From positions 13,139 to 77,138 of IMG/VR virus record IMGVR_UViG_3300044645_002525: a stretch of DNA of 64,000 nt. One strand, given 5' to 3'. The notes beneath the pieces are model-generated. The model worked only from the letters and a program-made list of their open reading frames with translations. It was not told the origin of the DNA and made no database searches. The translations under genes were made by a program, and so were the position numbers. Below are positions 37,076 to 45,344 of the stretch, piece by piece (the first letter of the stretch is position 1; each line of letters starts with the position of its first letter). The DNA is from a virus.

Positions 37076-37128
37076 ACAATAGAAGAGAAGCGGGGCGTTT
37101 CCGCCCCTTTGTTGCAATGCTTAACAGA
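37076..37128 (-). promoter_or_regulatory. Terminator/promoter cassette with HLR1-like direct repeat
   Basis: -10 TATTGT (37076-37081), GGGGCG-tttc-CGCCCC hairpin, GTTGCAAT-GC-TTAACAGA from 37111. Confidence 0.6.
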
Positions 37129-37501
37129 AGGCCGTGCGACCGTTGGAATAGGCCCACCATTGCTTGGTGCCTTCGCTGGCTTCCTGCTCCCATGCTGCCC
37201 ACTTCTCAGGCACAGGCTCGGAAACAATGCGAGTGCCAGCAGGCACCTTGATGGGGCCAGAGAGCGTGCCGATGGTCCATTGATCCATCACGGGACCATT
37301 GATATACCAGCTCTGGCAAACGTGGAGCAGGCCAATCAACTCAAGCTCGCGAGGATTGGCGGCACCGGCTCTTTGCTGAGTGGGGAAAGGCTCGTGCCAG
37401 TTGGGCACGGTGATAGTGATTTTGATTCGCTCAAGCCCTTCGAACTTAGTCCAGTAGCCAGGACCGGTGAGCTGCTCAACGGAGTGGTTGATGATTGCCA
37501 T
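37121..37501 (-). CDS. Hypothetical protein
   Basis: Follows the promoter cassette at 37544-37595. Confidence 0.6.
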   Translation of the reverse strand: MAIINHSVEQLTGPGYWTKFEGLERIKITITVPNWHEPFPTQQRAGAANPRELELIGLLHVCQSWYINGPVMDQWTIGTLSGPIKVPAGTRIVSEPVPEKWAAWEQEASEGTKQWWAYSNGRTAFC

Positions 37502-37543
37502 GGTTGGTTCCTTAACGAGGGGGCGTCGCCGCCCATGCAGAGA

Positions 37544-37595
37544 ACAATACAGCACCATGCCCCGCTCAACGAGGCTTGTTACAAACCTTCATAAA
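37544..37595 (-). promoter_or_regulatory. Promoter cassette with HLR1-like direct repeat
   Basis: -10 TATTGT (37544-37549), weak hairpin, GTTACAAA-CC-TTCATAAA from 37578. Confidence 0.6.
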
Positions 37596-37791
37596 GGCAT
37601 TCCAAACGAAAAGGCCGGAGGCGGCCCATACGGAGCTTGTCTTCGCTGACGAATTGCTGACTATTGGTTTTGGTGTTTTTGATTTTATGCAGGCCAGTTT
37701 CAGGGTATATCTTCACCACTGTGTATTCGCCTCTCCATTGTTTGAAGCCTGAATCGTAGAGATCGACGAGGGTTCCAATGGGGAAAGGCAT
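37579..37791 (-). CDS. Hypothetical protein (SH3-like size and pattern)
   Basis: 70 aa ORF. Confidence 0.55.
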   Translation of the reverse strand: MPFPIGTLVDLYDSGFKQWRGEYTVVKIYPETGLHKIKNTKTNSQQFVSEDKLRMGRLRPFRLECLYEGL

Positions 37792-37824
37792 GAAAAAGGG
37801 GCCTAATGGCCCCTAGTCTAGAAA

Positions 37825-38085
37825 TCAGCGTTGCTGGTCACAAATGCCAGCGAGCATTTCGCCAACGTAAATACTGGCATCACGAAGCTTGTCTAGGGCT
37901 TCATCACGCTCAGCGCGAGCCTTGTAATAAGCGCCAGGGTCCTGCGGATAGTAATCGCGCCCATTGAGAGTGGCTGCAGCAAGTGCTTCCATTGCCTTTT
38001 CGATGGCATCGTAAGCAGCGGCGTATTCATCTCGCAGTGTGGTGAAGCCGGTGCCGTTGAGGTGGATGGTGGGGATGGTTGCCAT
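37825..38085 (-). CDS. Conserved phage hypothetical protein
   Basis: PTIHLNGT...L..EY...NGRDYYPQ. Confidence 0.7.
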   Translation of the reverse strand: MATIPTIHLNGTGFTTLRDEYAAAYDAIEKAMEALAAATLNGRDYYPQDPGAYYKARAERDEALDKLRDASIYVGEMLAGICDQQR

Positions 38086-38116
38086 TTGGAGAGGCATCGC
38101 TGCCGAACACTTAGGA

Positions 38117-38168
38117 ACAATACAGAAGAAAGGCCCCGGAAACGGGGCCTGTTACAAAGCTTTACAGA
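38117..38168 (-). promoter_or_regulatory. Terminator/promoter cassette with near-consensus HLR1 direct repeat
   Basis: -10 TATTGT (38117-38122), AGGCCCCG-gaaa-CGGGGCCT hairpin, GTTACAAA-GC-TTTACAGA at 38151-38168. Confidence 0.7.
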
Positions 38169-38169
38169 G

Positions 38170-38541
38170 CTAGTTGGTGACGTTGGCGCAGAGAGCAGCC
38201 ACCATATTTGCTTCTCCTGGTTTTGCTCCTTTTGCCACTGGACTACGCCAGCCCTGCCATTGTTTGTCTTGGAGCACGTTCACCTTCAGAAGCGGGCAAC
38301 TAACGGCAATTGACACTGGCGTGTGGGCGCTTTCATCTTTGCATTGGCGCGTGGTGGTCCTCACGCCATCAGAAGAAAGCTTCCAAGAGCCCCAGGCGTA
38401 GTGGCAGTCGCCGAATTTGCGCTCAGTGGCGGTTTGCCCTTCTTTGATGATGCGCTCCAGGAGCGCTTCTTCCTTGGAGAGAGCTTGTTGCTGCACGGGA
38501 GGCAGTTCGGGCAGTGCAGTTGCGAGAAGGAGGGAAAGCAT
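38170..38541 (-). CDS. Putative secreted protein
   Basis: Hydrophobic N-terminus and four Cys residues. Confidence 0.55.
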   Translation of the reverse strand: MLSLLLATALPELPPVQQQALSKEEALLERIIKEGQTATERKFGDCHYAWGSWKLSSDGVRTTTRQCKDESAHTPVSIAVSCPLLKVNVLQDKQWQGWRSPVAKGAKPGEANMVAALCANVTN

Positions 38542-38552
38542 GGTTTTGGAGA

Positions 38553-38744
38553 TCAGGAGGAAAGGGCGCGCTTAATAAAGCTTTCAACGTTTCTCAAAAA
38601 GCGCTTATCTAAAGTGCTTTTGCTTGTACAAAATATCTTGCCAGAAGGATGCTTGAAGACATAGTGCTTTTTCTCACGCTGGAGAATAAAGCCATACTTT
38701 GCGGCCAAGGCCATTACTGCTCTTCTATTATCTTTTGTTGCCAT
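38553..38744 (-). CDS. HicA-like small protein
   Basis: GF...R.KKHYVFKHPSG....S.S..D.R pattern. Confidence 0.5.
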   Translation of the reverse strand: MATKDNRRAVMALAAKYGFILQREKKHYVFKHPSGKIFCTSKSTLDKRFLRNVESFIKRALSS

Positions 38745-38950
38745 TAGAGCAGTTTCCAGATGTCATCTTGCAAAGCATTTGCAAGCGTCAAGAGCAAGTC
38801 TTTCTTTTCTTTATGAGCGGGCTTATTAGCGCGGGAAAGAATAAAAGAGCGAGCAGAAGAGCGATCATCGGCGCTGTAATCTTGCCACTTGTGGCGAACG
38901 TTGTTGGAAACCATTTTTGCAATGGCTTGTTGAGTGCGAGAGAGGGGCAT
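38744..38950 (-). CDS. Hypothetical protein
   Basis: 68 aa operonic ORF. Confidence 0.55.
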   Translation of the reverse strand: MPLSRTQQAIAKMVSNNVRHKWQDYSADDRSSARSFILSRANKPAHKEKKDLLLTLANALQDDIWKLL

Positions 38951-38954
38951 TGTT

Positions 38955-39233
38955 TCAGAAGACGAGGGTTTGTCCGTTAGCTTTAATGCTTGTCACGCGC
39001 TCACAATCAAACGAACGCCAAGCACCTTCCCCTTCTTTACGAGCAATGGAGAAATCACGACAACGGACAATGTTGGGCTTCTTCACTGCCGTGCCTGTTC
39101 CTTTGATTTCCTTGGTATCCCAAGGATTAAAGCAAAGCTTGCGCACGGAACCATTAGCCTTGATGAATTCCACTGAAACAATGCTGTGACCAGCATTGAA
39201 GATGAACTGTTTAATGCGGGAGGTTTTGTCCAT
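38955..39233 (-). CDS. SH3/WYL-like small phage protein
   Basis: VEFIKANGSVR...WRSFD..RV.SI. Confidence 0.65.
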   Translation of the reverse strand: MDKTSRIKQFIFNAGHSIVSVEFIKANGSVRKLCFNPWDTKEIKGTGTAVKKPNIVRCRDFSIARKEGEGAWRSFDCERVTSIKANGQTLVF

Positions 39234-39322
39234 GAGGAACCTGTCGCCAGGGGGGTATGGAGGGAAGAAAGAAAGGCTCCCGCTTAGGAAGCCTCGTCCG
39301 TCATCCAGGGAGAGTGTAGAGG

Positions 39323-39511
39323 CTACTGAGCTGAGTTGTCAAGCTTGGCCACGGGAAAGCCATTAGCAATGCGGCAGTAGCGCTCAGGATGGTGCTGGAG
39401 GCATTTGTCAAGCCCTGCCTTGTTAGGCATTGCTTCAGGGCCTGCGACAATGGCAAAAATGCCAAGTCCAAACACCAAGCTCACCACGAGAAATGAAGCT
39501 GCGTCTTTCAT
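39323..39511 (-). CDS. Small membrane protein
   Basis: N-terminal transmembrane segment. Confidence 0.55.
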   Translation of the reverse strand: MKDAASFLVVSLVFGLGIFAIVAGPEAMPNKAGLDKCLQHHPERYCRIANGFPVAKLDNSAQ

Positions 39512-39858
39512 AGTCTTGAGATGCAGATGGACGCTTCGCCTTGAGAAGGGGAAGCAATACGAGCGAAGCTGCCGTAGGACAAGTCCAAGATGCGGCCTCC
39601 GTAGTATGGACCGCGATCAACGACTGTCACTGTCACTGACTTTCCATTGTTACGGTTCTTCACACGCAGTCGCGTGCCAAATGGAAGCCATGGATGGGCA
39701 GCAGTCATGGAATAGGCATTGAACGTGGAACCACTGGCCGTGCGTTGACCGTGATAGCCATCCGAGACGCCATAGTGCGAGGCGTAGCCACATTCGAGAG
39801 CTGCTTGCGCCGGGATGGGACAGAGCAGCAGAAGGGAAAGAAAAAGACGTTTCATCAA
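39508..39858 (-). CDS. rlpA: RlpA-like double-psi beta-barrel lytic transglycosylase with signal peptide
   Basis: ASHYG, TASG, TAAH..LPFGT, V.V.DRGPY, LDLS motifs. Confidence 0.9.
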   Translation of the reverse strand: MMKRLFLSLLLLCPIPAQAALECGYASHYGVSDGYHGQRTASGSTFNAYSMTAAHPWLPFGTRLRVKNRNNGKSVTVTVVDRGPYYGGRILDLSYGSFARIASPSQGEASICISRL

Positions 39859-39968
39859 TTAGTACGAAAGAACTAGCGAGGGCCATGCCGTCTCCGACAA
39901 GGCAATGCCCATTGTGCCATGAAACGAGCAGCTAGTGCCGAGCTGTTGCAAGGTGTTATGATTCTGAA

Positions 39969-40172
39969 GCACTCGGTCCTGGCGGCTTAATTGCTGCTCT
40001 TGTCTTCGGGCGAGCCGTGAGGGTGGACGCCTCTGGTGATGCGGGCGAAGATCGAATGATCTAGCCAAGGAGTTTTGCATGGTCTCCTGCGAGGCGCATC
40101 ATCTCCCTTGTATCTTCAGGGAAAGGGGCATCGGAGGGTGCGAAGAGAGGGGGCCTTATGGCCCCTTTTCTT
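39969..40172 (+). ncRNA. 6S RNA-like ncRNA (cyanobacterial SsaA-like)
   Basis: TGTTATGAT extended -10 at 39954-39962; closing stems GCACTC/GGGTGC and CCTG/CAGG; inner stem GGTGATGCG/CGCATCATC with branched apical region; terminator GGGGCC-ttat-GGCCCC-TTTT; no credible ORF. Confidence 0.65.
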
Positions 40173-40203
40173 TTGCCTATGCTTAAAGGGCTAGGAGATT
40201 GTT

Positions 40204-40371
40204 ATGAAGCTTTCTGCGGAGCAAGAAAGAGAAAGACTTAAGCGATGGATGGCAAGTGGGGAAGTTTACGACCCTCGTAACGAAGATGATTTTGATACTT
40301 GGAACGTAGGAATGGAGCCTCTTCCTGGTGATCGCTCTTGGGCAAAGAAAAAGCCCCTTACGGGGCTTTAG
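40204..40371 (+). CDS. Small hypothetical protein (55 aa)
   Basis: AGGAG RBS; MKLSAEQERERLKRW...; read manually. Confidence 0.55.
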   Translation: MKLSAEQERERLKRWMASGEVYDPRNEDDFDTWNVGMEPLPGDRSWAKKKPLTGL

Positions 40372-40412
40372 CAGGAATCCTGATAAATGGCGTTTATCAG
40401 AAATCCTGATAA

Positions 40413-40595
40413 TTAAGCTTCAAGCTCATCAGCGATGGCAAGAACGTGCGGGATGTACACCCAGTGACCTTCGCTGTCATCTGGCACGCAATGTTTAGCA
40501 ACAGCACGCAGGGCAGCAGCAAGACATCCTTTTCCCGTGTGGCTAGTGCGGAAAGCATCTAATACGGCTTGAGTGGTGGGTGAGAATTCAGACAT
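40413..40595 (-). CDS. Small conserved hypothetical protein
   Basis: QAVLDA...LAAALRA...LAIADELE. Confidence 0.65.
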   Translation of the reverse strand: MSEFSPTTQAVLDAFRTSHTGKGCLAAALRAVAKHCVPDDSEGHWVYIPHVLAIADELEA

Positions 40596-40609
40596 ACGAG
40601 TTGATCGGA

Positions 40610-40786
40610 CTAGGAGGCTTTGATCAGCTCAGCAAAGCGGCGCAGCTTATCCATCTGGCCTTGCTCGTAGCCACCCCACTCGTCGCTGACATCTCTGGTG
40701 GGATCCCACGGGGCTATCAAACTCCAGCAAGATGGAAAGCAAAGACCGGCTTCGCGTGCCGCTTGGATAATCTGTTGGTCGGTCAT
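40610..40786 (-). pseudogene. Small ORF apparently split by a frameshift
   Basis: MTDQQIIQAAREAGL in one frame, ...DKLRRFAELIKAS in another. Confidence 0.35.
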
Positions 40787-40798
40787 TAGTGATGTTGA

Positions 40799-41119
40799 CT
40801 AAGAGGGCAGGAATTCGAGAACGCGGAGCAGTGTCGCAGCATCTCCATCATTGATGCAATCACCTTCGACAAGGCATTCGATGATCTCTTGCGCTTCATC
40901 CTTCAAGCTCGTCGGCTTGGGGCGACGGGCATTGATCAGTTCAAAATCAATACCAATGTGGGCGGTGCCTTTAAGCCACTCACAGCACGCCTCCAGCTCC
41001 TGATCAGCTCCAGCTTGGAACGCTTCATAGAGCACAACATCGACGTTTTGCTCTTCGTCAATAATGAGGCTTTCCCACTTTCTGAGTAAATGATCGGGCG
41101 GGTAGATGTTGTTAGTCAT
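40799..41119 (-). CDS. Conserved hypothetical protein
   Basis: GADQELEACCEWL...ARRPKP.SLK. Confidence 0.7.
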   Translation of the reverse strand: MTNNIYPPDHLLRKWESLIIDEEQNVDVVLYEAFQAGADQELEACCEWLKGTAHIGIDFELINARRPKPTSLKDEAQEIIECLVEGDCINDGDAATLLRVLEFLPS

Positions 41120-41465
41120 CAGGAAGAGAAGTGTGTAGAAATTGGCAACTTGGCTAGATGGAAGTGACGAGACGATAGCGCCTGAGGATTTCCTCCTGTT
41201 CCTTTTCTCGCCAGTATTGAAGCCTGCGCTCAAGCTTTGCCGTGGCAAGCTGCATTACGCTTCGCTTGTCATGATCCCAATCAAGCAATGGATCAGAAGC
41301 TTTGGCCAAAGAGTTGTTCGTAGGCATGAGAGAAAGCGCGAAATTTCCTAAGATGATGATCCCGATCTTGCGCCAACAATTCCGCGAGATCTTTAATGAG
41401 CTGATCGCCATTGTCATTATCAAAGTATTCAAAAATAGCGTCTGTAAGTGTGTCTTTGGGCGTGC

Positions 41466-41843
41466 TCACAGCTTGCCTCCCTTAATGGCGTTGTTGTAGT
41501 TCATCAGATATTCTTCAAAATCAGCGCCAGTGGGAGCTTCTTTACAAAGCTCTTCATGATTCTCCTTGAGCATGTCAAGGCTCACCACGAAAGCACAGCG
41601 AATGCGATCAAGAGCCAATTGCTGCACAAGGTTAGGCTCCTCATCAATAGCCTTTTCAATGGTGCAAATGTATTCCTGCAGATCTGCCATGGCAAAGGAG
41701 CGCGTTACCACGGGCTTACCGAAGTGCATGGCAAGCTCTCCATCCTTAAAAGCAGACACGGGATGATTGGGCAGAAGATGATTAAAGGCAACAGTCACGA
41801 TGGAAAAGCGGAGGGCTAGCGACGTTCTCCGTCGCATGTGCAT
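41466..41843 (-). CDS. Hypothetical protein
   Basis: ORF; start uncertain. Confidence 0.5.
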   Translation of the reverse strand: MHMRRRTSLALRFSIVTVAFNHLLPNHPVSAFKDGELAMHFGKPVVTRSFAMADLQEYICTIEKAIDEEPNLVQQLALDRIRCAFVVSLDMLKENHEELCKEAPTGADFEEYLMNYNNAIKGGKL

Positions 41844-41900
41844 AGTGTGCCAGTAAAAAGGCCCCCATCAAGGGGGCCGTCGTCGTCCTGTAACATTTGT

Positions 41901-42323
41901 TTACAAAGCTTGCTTTGCTGGTTTTCGCAAGGCCTGCGTGGCAATGCTGAGATTTTTGGTGATGGGCAATGGCTTGTCTCGCCACTTAATAGCAATGGCA
42001 TGGCAAGTGCCCACTGGCATTAGCTCAGCGTGCCTGTAAGCCCTGTCCAGGAGAATTTGATACGCCTGGCGCTTTGGCTTGCTCATTGGCCCCTCAGGCT
42101 CTTCAATGTTAGTGCGAGCAAAATCAGCCAATTCAGTGATGTCGTCTAGCTCGTTGGTAGCAATAACAAAATGCCTGCCACGTTGTTGCACTTTGCGCCA
42201 TGCAGGATGAATGGGAGGATTTTCCATGGCAAGAGCCTGTGCTTCTTCCTGAAGCTGAGGCGGAATGCAAATGTGAACCATGCGAGGGAGAGAATGCTCT
42301 AGCAAAGAGAGCTGGTAGTCCAT
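41901..42323 (-). CDS. Hypothetical protein
   Basis: About 140 aa ORF. Confidence 0.6.
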   Translation of the reverse strand: MDYQLSLLEHSLPRMVHICIPPQLQEEAQALAMENPPIHPAWRKVQQRGRHFVIATNELDDITELADFARTNIEEPEGPMSKPKRQAYQILLDRAYRHAELMPVGTCHAIAIKWRDKPLPITKNLSIATQALRKPAKQAL

Positions 42324-42662
42324 GGTTAGGCGAAACGAAATTGTCCGAAGTGGAAGGAGTGGGAACCAATGGTGAGGGAGCATTCACCAAAGCCGTCATA
42401 CATTGTGCCAAGAAGAAAGCTATTCCTCCATTGGAAACAGAATTTTCCTAGGCGAAGATGACCAGTGGCATCAGTGCAATGGAAAGAAGCAGTCACAGCT
42501 TTGGATCTTCAGGAAGGGGAGGGATTTCCTCAATCATTGCAATTCTTACGTCAGGACGCATTGCAAGCATAAAATGTTCAGCTTGTTTTGCTGAAATCGC
42601 CCCGAGGGCGATTTTCTTTCCTTCATAAGTGGTGATTAAATAAGTGCGACAAGAAGCTGCCA

Positions 42663-43088
42663 TCACCGAAGTTCCTCCTCAAGTTCTTCCAAAATGTGCT
42701 GACTGAGCGTTTGCTCAAGCATGGGCTTCCATCCGCCGTCGCCTCCAATGCTATTGATTTCAGCGAGGAGATGGAGAGCATCGGCAATGCGTGTGGCATC
42801 CATCAAACAGCTACAGGCCATGCTGGGCTCCTCGCTAATCAACTCTTCAAACATGCCAATGTGCAGTTCAAACCATTTTCCTAGTGCGAACAGGGCAATC
42901 TGACGGTAGGTTTCATCACCATACTTTTGAAGCATGGTTTCAATGGAAGCGGCAAGCTTTGGCGGAATGCCTACTGTGCCATGGTCCTGAAGCCCAGGAG
43001 AAATGGCCTTGCTGATGGCTTCTCGCTTGCCTTCCTTGGCTGCGATGGCTTGACGCAGGAACTGATCGACGGAATCAAACTGGTTCAA
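42663..43088 (-). CDS. Hypothetical protein
   Basis: 141 aa helical ORF. Confidence 0.6.
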   Translation of the reverse strand: MNQFDSVDQFLRQAIAAKEGKREAISKAISPGLQDHGTVGIPPKLAASIETMLQKYGDETYRQIALFALGKWFELHIGMFEELISEEPSMACSCLMDATRIADALHLLAEINSIGGDGGWKPMLEQTLSQHILEELEEELR

Positions 43089-43134
43089 TGCAAGGGAAGC
43101 ATTTCGCTAATGATGGCCCCTCATGGGGCCATTG

Positions 43135-43890
43135 TCAATAATCGTCTGCATTAATTGTTTGTAAAGGCATGGTCTCAGGAAGTGGCTCGTTTTCCGGCTC
43201 AGCATCAAAGCTGATGGTCTCAGCAGACGCAAGAAGAGAATTGCCCCTGCGTTCTTCAGTAGCCTTGGCTTCCTTTTCCTTTTCAATGGTGGAGGAAAGG
43301 TCTTTTAGGAATGTCCTGTAGGACGTGTCTTGGTTCTCTACGGGCTTGATTTCGTTGAGGCCAAGGAGCTTTGCTTGCTCCACCAAGGAATTTTTGGCCA
43401 CGTTGAGAAAGGACGCATCGCCAGCGCTTTCTTCTATCTTCACCATTTCCTTGCTGCCATCGTCACCGCCGTCCATGATGGTGACTGTCTTCTTGCGTTT
43501 ACTGGTTTCAAAGCTTGCTAATGCAAGCTCCTTGAGATCCATCTGCTCCTTCAGGAGACGCGCCCTGTGCGTGTCTTGATTCTTGAGAATCTCTTGCGTG
43601 TATAGGTCTCTGTTGAAATGCCTGTCTCCATTGACTGTTTCTTTGCTTAGCTTTAGTACATTGGCAATCTGACGATTGCTCATCTTTGCTGCTAATAATT
43701 CTTGCACCATCCATCGCCTTACGCCAAGCATCTCTTTGGTATAAACACCCGCTCCATGTTTGCCGCCATGTGACTTATGTTCTCGGATGGCTTCATACTG
43801 AGAAATGGGCACGCCTGCTTTTGTCAAAGCTTTTCGTGCATAAGCCTCTTCTTCTTCAGGCGTGGCAAATTCAATTTCCGGACGAGGCAT
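43135..43890 (-). CDS. HTH protein, candidate terminase small subunit
   Basis: RR..V.ELL...MSNRQIANVLKLSKETVNGD HTH, then GD..FL...AKLLGL. Confidence 0.55.
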   Translation of the reverse strand: MPRPEIEFATPEEEEAYARKALTKAGVPISQYEAIREHKSHGGKHGAGVYTKEMLGVRRWMVQELLAAKMSNRQIANVLKLSKETVNGDRHFNRDLYTQEILKNQDTHRARLLKEQMDLKELALASFETSKRKKTVTIMDGGDDGSKEMVKIEESAGDASFLNVAKNSLVEQAKLLGLNEIKPVENQDTSYRTFLKDLSSTIEKEKEAKATEERRGNSLLASAETISFDAEPENEPLPETMPLQTINADDY

Positions 43891-43896
43891 TGTTTA

Positions 43897-44088
43897 CTAT
43901 TTTGCTCCTCGCATTGTATCGCCCTTTCCATGGAGGGTACGAACAAACAATTCAGTGAAACGTTCCATGCGTGAGGCCACTACAGTGGCCGGACCATCAT
44001 CAATTGCTTTCTTCAATACGCAAAGCTCTTCCCATTCAGCAGTAGATAAATCTTCATCGTTAGCAGACAATGGCGAAATAATGTTCAT
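43897..44088 (-). CDS. Hypothetical protein
   Basis: EWEEL..LKKAI...P.TV...MERFTEL. Confidence 0.55.
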   Translation of the reverse strand: MNIISPLSANDEDLSTAEWEELCVLKKAIDDGPATVVASRMERFTELFVRTLHGKGDTMRGAK

Positions 44089-44338
44089 AGCTAAGCAAAG
44101 GGGCGCACCAAGCGCCCCGTTTCCCCACAATCAATGATACTGCCAGAAGGCTTTTTCTAACAAATCATCAAGCTCATTAAGCTTTTTAGGGCAATATTTT
44201 CGGACGAATTCCTCCATCTCCTTATGAAGGCTATCAACGATTTCTGCATAGGCAGCATCTAGCCCGCGACTGTCCATTTCTTGCTCAGCTTCACGCTCGT
44301 AAGCAAGAGCCATGCAATCCTTGGGATTGGTGCAAAAT

Positions 44339-44575
44339 TCACGCATCTGCTTGCTCCGCTGTGGCAAAACCACTGTCAATCAATTGCTGAATTTCATGCA
44401 GACTAGAACGCCAATGACGCTCTCCATTGTTATCACGGGCTCCATAGAGAGTTCGGGCCGCTGGTTGCGGCCCTTTGCTTGGCTTTGAAAAACCGTGATG
44501 CACGATAGGCAGAATTTCGGCCCCATTGTGCTCCAACAAAGGAAGCTTATCTACTGGACTAGGTGGAAGAAGCAT
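44339..44575 (-). CDS. Hypothetical protein
   Basis: 78 aa ORF. Confidence 0.5.
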   Translation of the reverse strand: MLLPPSPVDKLPLLEHNGAEILPIVHHGFSKPSKGPQPAARTLYGARDNNGERHWRSSLHEIQQLIDSGFATAEQADA

Positions 44576-45344
44576 TGCGCTGGAAGATTCCTTTGCAATG
44601 TTAAGCGTGTTTTGTTCAGTTGAAGGTTTCCTTTGCCTTTTGTCTGAACGTTACGCCCTTGGGGGCTCCACTCTGGCTAGAGCGGCATTGCGGAGGTTTG
44701 AGGCATCGTTTGGCTTTGATCGTTGTTGATAGGTGATCTTGGCCTTATGAATGAACGCTCCGCCCTTGGGGGCTACGCTTGCTCTGGCTGGCCATGCCCG
44801 TGAGTTAAGGAGCCATCGCTGATGGGCTTAGCGACACGTGTCTAGTCCAGTGGTGAGGGTAAAGGGAGTTAGAGGCAAAATCAAGCAGGCTTGTGCAGCT
44901 TCTTTCCCTGGCACAAGGCAGACGAGAATGGCGCTAACCGGCAGCATGATGGCACTGCCTCTCCTTTTCTCCATGGACAAGGAAGCCATCACTGAGTGGC
45001 TGATCAAGCACAAGTACAGCGATCGCCGCCTCATTCCACAGCTCCATTGCCCGCTCTGTCGCCCACTGAACTATGAACGACGAATTCAAGGACTACAAAA
45101 TCGTCAAGCTGCCACGCAATGGTCCGAAGCCTGGTCAGAGCACTAACGCTTGGCTTTATGGCAAAGGCAAAGAAGAAGAAGAATTCCGGAAATTAATAGA
45201 CGCTCAAAGCTTCAAAGGCAAGCACAAGTAGGTAAAACAAAGGGGCCTAGTGGCCCCTTTCTTCTTGGTCTATACTGAAGAAAGCTGCCCGCTACGGTAG
45301 GCAGCGGGGAGGCTATGTTAGAGCCTCCCTCCTATTGTGAAGCG

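Noticed and set aside
35576-38168. NtcA or Pho boxes as the identity of the upstream motif
   Set aside because: No GTA-N8-TAC palindrome, and the half-site period is 10 bp rather than the 11 bp of Pho boxes.
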